64,000 bases of DNA from Felis catus (Eukaryota), in assembly GCF_018350175.1 (NCBI RefSeq), contig NC_058368.1, forward strand, positions 168,208,001 through 168,272,000. Reading direction: 5' to 3'. Both the position numbers and the translations under genes were made by a program. Shown piece by piece: positions 57,156-64,000 of this stretch; within the stretch, counting starts at the first letter, position 1, and each line of letters opens with the position of its first letter. A model generated the notes under the pieces. That model did no database searches. It worked only from the letters and a program-made list of their open reading frames with translations, and had not been told where the DNA came from.

Positions 57156-57685
57156 ACAGCTGTAAATATATATATTATGAATGAGTTACACATGTATGTC
57201 ATTAAAATATAAAATCTATATAACTAAAAAGATTATCTGCCTCAGTTTACTGAATCTCATTTACCACACTAAGTGAAAAGCTTTAGTTCACACGTACACA
57301 TCTTTCTGAACCATAAAAAAAAAAAAATCTAACTACCTAGAATTATTCCAATCCCTAGGAAATCAAAAGGAACAAGCACCACAGACTTATGTTTAGCAAC
57401 TAAATTTTATTTTTTCCAATTTACCTGAGTTAATTAATTGCCAGAATTTAGACAAAAACCTATTAGCACATGCTAATGAGGAATTTTTAACACACAAGTA
57501 CCACATGCAAGTACCTACAGAGTTATAGGATCAATTTATAAAACCATTGTTTTGAGAGGATTCTTGTTTTTAAGTAGTATTTGCCTCTAAACCATCAAAA
57601 GAAGCAGATAAAATTTTATAAGTTATAAAGAAATCAAAGGTTAGAAACAAAATTTTTAAAAATGAAGATTGTAACAAGTACTTAC

Positions 57686-57817
57686 TAATTTGTTTTCCTG
57701 CATGTATATTCTTTGTAATTTCAGACAGCCCTTAGCTATGACGATCATGCCTTCATCTGAGATCTTGTAACATTGGCCGAAATGAATATCTTTGAGTTCT
57801 CTGCACTTTGAGCCCAG
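57686..57817 (-). CDS. FBXL17: Internal coding exon of F-box and leucine-rich repeat protein 17 (LRR region; probably the orthologue of human exon 4), 132 bp, phase 0-0
   Basis: Translates to LGSKCRELKDIHFGQCYKISDEGMIVIAKGCLKLQRIYMQENKL (44 aa), recognised as FBXL17 LRR sequence. Acceptor ...tctttgtttacAG (AG at 57819-57818) and donor GTAAGT (57685-57680) on the minus strand. Confidence 0.96.
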
Positions 57818-58749
57818 CTGTAAACAAAGAGATTTAGCTGAATGCTCAGAAAATAACAAAGATAACATATTTCTAGTGGAATTTCCATATAATTTTTTTA
57901 AATAGCCATACCAAAGTTAAATTAACTGCTTATAAACTACTTTTAAAATAAAGTAGAATGTAGGCGATCTATAACTTAAGATAGTATTGTGTAAGCCTTT
58001 TCATCTGCTAATTACTTCCCTGCTTCAACTACCTCATACTATATGCCCACCTAAGGCGTCCAGATTTCTTAACACCTCAAAATCACATCTGTATTTCTCT
58101 TGAGTCAATTATATTGTTACACTGGTGGAGCCCAGTTACAAGGAATAAAACTAAGTTCCAAGAAGCAAGGCAAAGGTCTAATGAGTGAAAGAATATTTAA
58201 TTCATTAGATCTACTTCTACTCCTGAAGACCCCAATGAATCATTTCCCTCCACTGGCTCATTACCCTGGGAAAAAAGAAAAAGTCTCAATATGCTGTAGG
58301 TAATATTTTAGAGTACTTATTTACACACTGTACTGCATAAACTGAAAACAAAAGGACTATTTTCCAGATTGAAATTCCAACTGTACCTTAGTTACCAAAC
58401 AGGTACAATGTTCCCATTAAAACCATCAAGTATCACAGAGAACAAATTATATACATTTCCTTTCAAAAGCCACAGTGTAGATGATCAAACTATAAATGAA
58501 TGCTGTTTCATGAGTACTACATATGAATGGAGTCATTTTAGAGTTAAAATAAGCAATCTCCTTTAGCAACAACTTATACATCAAAAATTATCTAAAAAAT
58601 TACATTAAATAATAAAACTCAGTGTGTGTCAGCAAAGATTCAAAGTGTCATGGTAAGAGTGAAAATTAGTACTGAAAAGTTTCCTTGGAGCGGAACCTAG
58701 CATAAATGAAAAAAAAATTGTGTAACTGAAAAATGTACAACTCAGCTTA

Positions 58750-59110
58750 AAAATATTTGCAAAAAAATTAATGACAGAGGGACAGATAATTAGATAGATT
58801 ATATGATAAAGTAAGCATACTAAAATGTTAATTATAGGGTGGTGGGTTAAATGGTGATGGGGATTAGGGAGTTAGGGAGTGCACTTGTCATGATGAGCAT
58901 AGGGTAATGTATGAAACTGTTGAATTACTATATTGTACACCTGAAACTAATAAAATGCTGTATATTAACTGGAATTAATATAAAACTTTTAAAACATATA
59001 AAAAAGATGTTAATTATACAATCCAGATAGTGGGTATATGGGCATTCACTGTAAAATTCTTTCAAATTTTCCATTAGTATAAATTTTTTCATAATAAACT
59101 GATGGAACAA
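58750..59110 (+). mobile_element. Old L1M 3' fragment with nested carnivore L1 3' end (~58838-58990)
   Basis: gtgcacttgtcatgatgagcatagggtaatgtatg...ctatattgtacacctgaaactaat nested in older L1 UTR. Confidence 0.65.
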
Positions 59111-59382
59111 TTAAATAAAAGTTTTTGGTAAATTTTAGCTACAAGCAATGAGCAAATGGGATTTTTTTAAATAGTAAAATAGAGAAAACAACCTAAAGAT
59201 ACAAATAAGTGTTTTCATGAAACTGAATATTGTACAGCCATTAAAATTGAAGTAAACACTTGACAAATAAAAATTAAAATTTTATATGTTTTTAAAATAT
59301 AATCCAATTGAATTTCTTTAAACAAATTATGCACATTTAAATATACATATGTGTATGTGTATATGTGTATAGAAAAGAGAGT

Positions 59383-59525
59383 GGGGGCACCTGGGTGGCT
59401 CAATCAGTTAAGCATCCAACTTTGGATCCTCTGCCTCCCTCTCTCTCTGCCCCTCCCCTGCTCACACACTGTCTCTCTCTCCCAAAAATAAAAACATTTT
59501 TTTAAAAAATGTTAAAAAAAAAAAA
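59383..59525 (+). mobile_element. Internally deleted CanSINE
   Basis: Head joined directly to the CT tract and tail. Confidence 0.85.
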
Positions 59526-60639
59526 GAAAAAAGACTGAAACGTACACCAAGGTTTTAATGGTGCATTTTTTTTCTTTTCTGCCTATCAATCTTCTCACAT
59601 CTTTTTAAAAATAAATGTTACTTTAGTAATTTAAAAAAAACTTTAAAGTTCTGTTTCAAGTAAAGTAATGACATTATAACAAAGACATGCAAATTCCATT
59701 ATTTTCCAGGGATACATAATTAAACTATGTTATATTCATCTAGACCGCACTATAAACAATTACATATTCAACTAGAAATGGAAGTTCCACAAAGACAGAA
59801 GTTTTCCTGTTAACTATCCCTGGTGCCCAGTGTCTTCTGCTTAACTCAGCTGATACTGAGTAAATATTCGCTAAATGAATGAAAAGGCTGATACATATAT
59901 GTAAAGAAGCCTCTTTGAAAAATGATGAATATAGGAAACCATGATTATGGTCTCATATCCAGTTAATCCAGGAATTCTAAATTGAGTCCACAGGTAGACT
60001 TCAGGGATTCCAGGAAAGCAGATGAGAAAAAAAAGAGTACATTTTTATTTTCATACTATCCTCTAAATGAACTCTAGCTTTTACTTCACTTATTAATGTA
60101 AACAAAAAATCACAATAGTTTAGCAGTACATGTGATTTTGTAAACAATGGAAATCAAAGACAATTTCTTATAATATCACTGCTGTTGCAGCTATCATGAA
60201 ATTCCATTTCTGTTCATCAGTATTCATTACATTCACAACCAGATCTTATAATGCATAAAAGAGGCACATATATTTCTAGAACAAATGTATAATGGCACAT
60301 TACTTACATCTAAGAAAGCTAATCCAAAGCCAACAGCAGGGAAGATGGAAAATCAACTTGATATCACTACAAAACTCCTCATAGGCTCACATATGTCTGG
60401 CATTGAGGGCAAGGATGGCATTAAAAACACCAGAATTCTTTAAAGTGTACTTAAGAAGTGGTTAACCACTCAGATCACCTACCCATGACTGCACAGCCTG
60501 ATCTTGCCCACTCTCTCACAATAGCAAAAGACTGGAGTAAGTAAAACACAGGGTTTTTGGACTGAGGTACACCATGCATAGCTCAAAGCAAAAGCATACT
60601 CCAGAAAATGTGGGGATGACATGAAAGTTTCTAAGGTGA

Positions 60640-61830
60640 AAATGAAGAAATTCAAATAAAGAATTCTGTAAGATGTTCCAGGATTAAAAGATAGGGACTT
60701 CTGGACTGAAAAAGCACATTCACATGTCCAGCACAAATGACAAAAACAGACCAATGACAAGGCAAATCTCCATAAAATGTCAGAATTAAAGGGTATAAAA
60801 AAAAGATTCTACAGACTTCCAGTGACATATTTCATATAAAAGACTGCTATTAAAAAGGCATCAAACTTCTTAATGACAACACTGAAAGAAAGCAATAGAG
60901 CAATGCCATCAAATTCTCAAGGACAAGTATTTCAAACCTAGAATCCTATGCTCAGGATTGAGACTATGAATTAAGTATGAGTATAAAAAGGAGACATCTT
61001 CAGACATGCAAGTTCTCAAAAGATTTACCTCCTATATATTCTTTATCAGGAAGCTACTAAAATCTGTGCTCTACAAAACAAGAATACACCAAGAGAAAGA
61101 AGATATAACATCTAGGTAACAGGATATCTAATACAACCACAAGATCAGGAAAACCTTAAGGATAATGGTGAAGGTTAAGATACTTTGATGACCACTAACG
61201 CAAGAGCACTTGTATACAAGAAGTCCAATGTGGACCCTACAGACTATGCCAGGCAAATCTGCTATATGAAGATATATATTAACTAAGTATCTACATATAG
61301 ATATACTAATGCAACTGTGGAAAAGCTTTTGACTCCATTCATGATAAGACTATAAAACTTAGTAAATGGGGTGCCTGGGTGGCTCAGTCAGTTGAGTGTC
61401 TGACTTCGGCTCAGGTCTTGATCTCAGTTTGTGAGTTTGAGCCCCACATTGGGCTGACAGTTCGGAGCCTGGAGCCTGCTTTGGATTGTCTGCCCCTCCC
61501 CCACTCGTGCTCTGTGTCTCTCTCTCTCTGTCTCTCTCTCTCTCTCTCAAAAATAAAATAAAAACATTTTAAAAATCATAAAAAGTCAGTAAACTAAATG
61601 GGATGAGAAGATTAATTTCAAGAACCACAAAATTCTATAGAGAAAAAAGGCAGGTATGTAATTATAAAATGTAAATACCAAATACTTAATCAAAATTATG
61701 GAAGAATTATGTTGGGAGGGTGAGTGAATAGGAGACCGGGAAGGATAAGTAAGCTAAATTCTCATCTTCCATAGCAAGGAATCTGCCTAGATGGTCTAAA
61801 ATGGATAAATCAAGAAAATACAGATAGGCT
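60640..61830 (+). mobile_element. HAL1 / L1 ORF1-like element, truncated at the start of the EBLL candidate
   Basis: ggcatcaaacttct...gagcaatgccatcaaattctc...aaacctagaatcctat...cagacatgcaag...caggaagctact and ctcatcttccatag...gtctaaaatggataaatcaagaaa are HAL1-type motifs. Confidence 0.7.
61368..61577 (+). mobile_element. CanSINE nested in HAL1
   Basis: Head, (CT)n, tail. Confidence 0.9.
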
Positions 61831-61839
61831 TAGAAGAGT

Positions 61840-63161
61840 AATGCTTCCTTCTTCTGGAGAAAGTTCAATTAGTCTAATTCCTTATCTCTCCACTGACTAG
61901 TTTGTGTTTAATACACTGGAAATGTTCAGCTCATCTCTATCCTTCTTCCCCCTGGAAACAAACTGCCCACAGCAAACAAGCATGCACTTCTATATTTGCA
62001 AGGCCACTCTGCTGGTGTGGCTGAGTTGATGATGAGTGGGTCTGCTGGCCAACCTCCAGAGTTAACAAGCCCATTTTGCTCCATTTTAAGCAATATTCTC
62101 CAATCTAGCCTTTCTGAGTAATAAAGTTGACTTGATATTTTTCCTCTGTCCCTATTACCTTCTCTTGTTAATTTGTTCAGATCCTAGGAAGTAAAGAGGC
62201 CTCAACTCTTAGTGCACCAACCAGGACCACTGAAAAAATACAGAGGAGTCTATACAGAAGGAGTGAATGAGGTCTCTGGTAGGAATGTAGACATTAGTTT
62301 GTATGAACAGGTTGGTAGAATCTCATGTCAACACACGTAAGTCACACTGCTGCAGCCTGCAAAAGAGTTTGAAACTGATCATCTGGTATTTTGACTTATG
62401 AAGTGTCTTTTGGTTTTATATAAAAACAAGTGACTTTCCATAGAAGTAGAAGCAACATGGGCTTCAAGAGACATCAGCAGCAGGGGAGCCTCAGAAACTT
62501 ATCAAAAAAGAGTGCCTCAAGGGATAATTACTGTCATTTAGTCTCACTGCAGAAACTGATGTTCTGTTTTAAACATCATCACTGGACATGATAGGCAAGA
62601 CTGCATTTCCATCAGTACTTATTTGAACTAATCATCATTTTCCCAACTGTAAGTATCCTAAGGTTCCAGACCATCCAATCACCGGAGAGTCAATCATTTT
62701 ACCCAATATATTTCCCAGTTATGTTAATGTTGTTCAGATCTCTCAATGCTGCAATCATCTTGTCCATTGTCCATAGGAAAACATTGAGAGGGCATCAACC
62801 TATATGAATAGCCCTGTCACGATTCCCTAAATTTCATACAATTAGTCCTCTATCTAATAACTATAGAAGTTGTATATAACTCGTCTAAAAACAGAATTCT
62901 CTATTCAGAAAGAGAGTGCTAGAGATATTAAAGCTCTGGCCCTACCAAAATGGAGAGATCTTGATAAGAACACTGGTTTTCAGATGAGACATGGAAAAGG
63001 TGGTACTATGGAGTAAGAACCAAGCCCCAGTATAGGGACTATTCTAGATTATTTAAGTTAAAGACGCTGGACTTTTCACTAATCTACCATATTAAAGCAT
63101 ATGACTGAGTATAAACAAGATCAAAATCATCATCCAGTAATAGTAATGCCTTTAAAAAAAA
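61840..63161 (+). pseudogene. Candidate endogenous bornavirus-like L polymerase element (EBLL), C-terminal ~420 aa, degraded by stops and frameshifts
   Basis: Collinear motifs versus BoDV-1 L (recalled): LEMFSSS/LERFSVS (61916); PW/PW (61950); LQGHSAGVAELM/LQFEKAGLIRML (61996); TSPFCSILSNILQSS/TGPTFSFLMKVFQDS (62065); DIFPLSLLPSLVNL/DCAPLDRLSPRINF (62134); QPG/NPG (62218); VSGRNVD/VSEANMD (62272); YEVSF/YSLSW (62397); CHLVSL/CHLPAL (62532); VVQISQCC/LVDISDMCC (62729); PI*IALSRF/PIYRSLQSF (62799); YYGVRTKP/YYVGVVRKRP (63004). Ends in TTTAAAAAAAA (63151-63161). Confidence 0.8.
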
Positions 63162-63167
63162 TTAACC

Positions 63168-63639
63168 TGCAGTTTCTAGTCCAGCAGGTAAGGAATTTAG
63201 AAGTCACCACTCCAGGGGCACCTGGGTGGCTTAGTCGGTTGAGCATCCAACTTCATCTCAGGTCACGATCTCATGGTTCATGAATTTGAGCCCCGCATTG
63301 GGCTCTGTGATGACAGCTTGGAGCCTGGAGCCTGCTTCGGATTCTGTGTCTCCCTCTCTCTCTGCCCCTTCCCTACTCACACTCTGTCTCAATCTCAAAA
63401 ACAAAGAATTTTTAAAAAATTTTTAAAGAAGTCACCACTCCATACTAACAAGAAAGGAAAAAGCTTAACTGAAAAATCAGTAACTCTTCTTACAGAAATG
63501 AGGTTACAAGAAAAACCAGTGTCCCCAAAACTGGAGAGACAAAAAGGTGGACACAGAAAAACAACTTGCCAGAGCAGAAACCCACTAGAAGACACCTCTA
63601 CCGGAACCAATGCTAGGGTAGGAAACACTAAATTATAAT
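63168..63639 (+). mobile_element. Old L1M-class (L1MD/L1M4-like) 5'-end fragment, 3'-truncated, with a nested CanSINE
   Basis: gtaaggaatttagaagtcaccactccatactaacaag...actgaaaaatcag...ccccaaaactggagagac...ccagagcagaaacc...ggaaccaatgctagggtaggaaa matches the recalled old-L1 5'UTR consensus. Confidence 0.7.
63215..63426 (+). mobile_element. CanSINE
   Basis: Perfect 16-bp TSD agaagtcaccactcca at 63199-63214 and 63427-63442. Confidence 0.95.
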
Positions 63640-63981
63640 CCATCTCCTCCTATATCAAGTAAATAATCTACCCCCATTATTCTTATCCCAGCAAAAATCA
63701 ACACCTAAAGGATCTACAAACATCTCAAAATTATCTCCATATTACTTCCCACCTTACCAAAGAACACTGTGAAATGATAACTACTCATCACCAGGTAAGA
63801 ATACCTATCTGGTTGATGTTGACTAGATGAATATCAATACTTACCTTGGCTGGATACTGGAAAACTGCTGCCTGAAGGCTTTCCTAGGTAATGGAGATTA
63901 TTATGTGGAATTTTACCTCCAACCACACCTCTCCATTTTCATTCAACCTGCCCTTTATTTCTACTTGAATCTGGCACCCAT
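63640..63981 (-). pseudogene. Candidate endogenous bornavirus-like matrix protein element (EBLM), near full length, degraded
   Basis: Minus strand from ATG at 63981: MGARF-(frameshift)-VEIKGRLNENGEVWLEVKF vs BoDV-1 M MNSKHSYVELKDKVIVPGWPTLMLEIDF; SIT*ESLQ vs SVKEPLQ; SIDIHLVNINQI vs TIDVEPAGHSLVNIYFQI; after a second frameshift TVFFGKVGSNMEIIL vs SVYKDPIRKYMFLRL and IFAGIRIMGVDYLLDIGGDGL vs INAAFNVFSYRLRNIGVGPL. Reference recalled from memory. Confidence 0.7.
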
Positions 63982-64000
63982 GTCAGGTGCAATCCTAACT

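Larger units (their letters stand above)
1..57685 (-). other. FBXL17: Part of the large FBXL17 intron downstream of the exon
   Basis: The next expected exon (VTDQSVKAFAEHCPELQ..., recalled) is not seen in the window. The content is TE fragments and AT-rich unique DNA. Confidence 0.85.
57818..64000 (-). other. FBXL17: Part of the FBXL17 intron upstream of the exon; hosts the candidate bornavirus-like elements
   Basis: No further FBXL17 exon recognised between the acceptor and the window end. Confidence 0.8.

Noticed and set aside
57656..57868. 70-aa ORF as a stand-alone gene
   Set aside because: Only 57686-57817 is exonic; the flanks are intronic read-through past the splice sites.
62342..62359. 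SHCCSL hexapeptide identical to bornavirus N
   Set aside because: Isolated match with no flanking N similarity, in a different frame from the neighbouring L-like motifs; treated as chance.
62430..62780. Minus-strand LWTMDKMIAALRDLNNINITG and FYFYGKSLVF resembling the mononegaviral RdRp core (GDN/YGK motifs)
   Set aside because: There is no GDN and the motif spacing is wrong. The plus strand gives a far more consistent collinear match to the L C-terminus.
1..64000. CRISPR array, rRNA, NUMT or prokaryotic system
   Set aside because: No spaced direct repeats, rRNA or mitochondrial similarity seen; this is mammalian intronic DNA.

Overview
AT-rich felid genomic DNA, identified by about 21 carnivore tRNA-derived SINEs of the SINEC_Fc type. 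The window lies inside FBXL17 on the minus strand: one 132-bp coding exon (57686-57817) and otherwise intron filled with CanSINE, L1, HAL1, L2, MIR and DNA-transposon fragments. The most notable signal is at the right end. A ~1.3-kb degraded plus-strand segment (~61840-63161) shows ordered, correctly spaced similarity to the C-terminal ~420 aa of the bornavirus L polymerase (candidate EBLL) and ends in an A-tract. About 480 bp further on, a minus-strand segment (63640-63981) resembles nearly the whole bornavirus matrix protein (candidate EBLM). I aligned both by eye against BoDV-1 sequences recalled from memory, so tBLASTn/HMM confirmation is needed, and novelty must be checked against published EBL catalogues. 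A second notable element is a ~130-bp CpG micro-island (809-935) with a strong CTCF motif, a perfect NRF1 palindrome and other palindromes, embedded in an old L1 fragment. Repeat subfamily names and boundaries are approximate.
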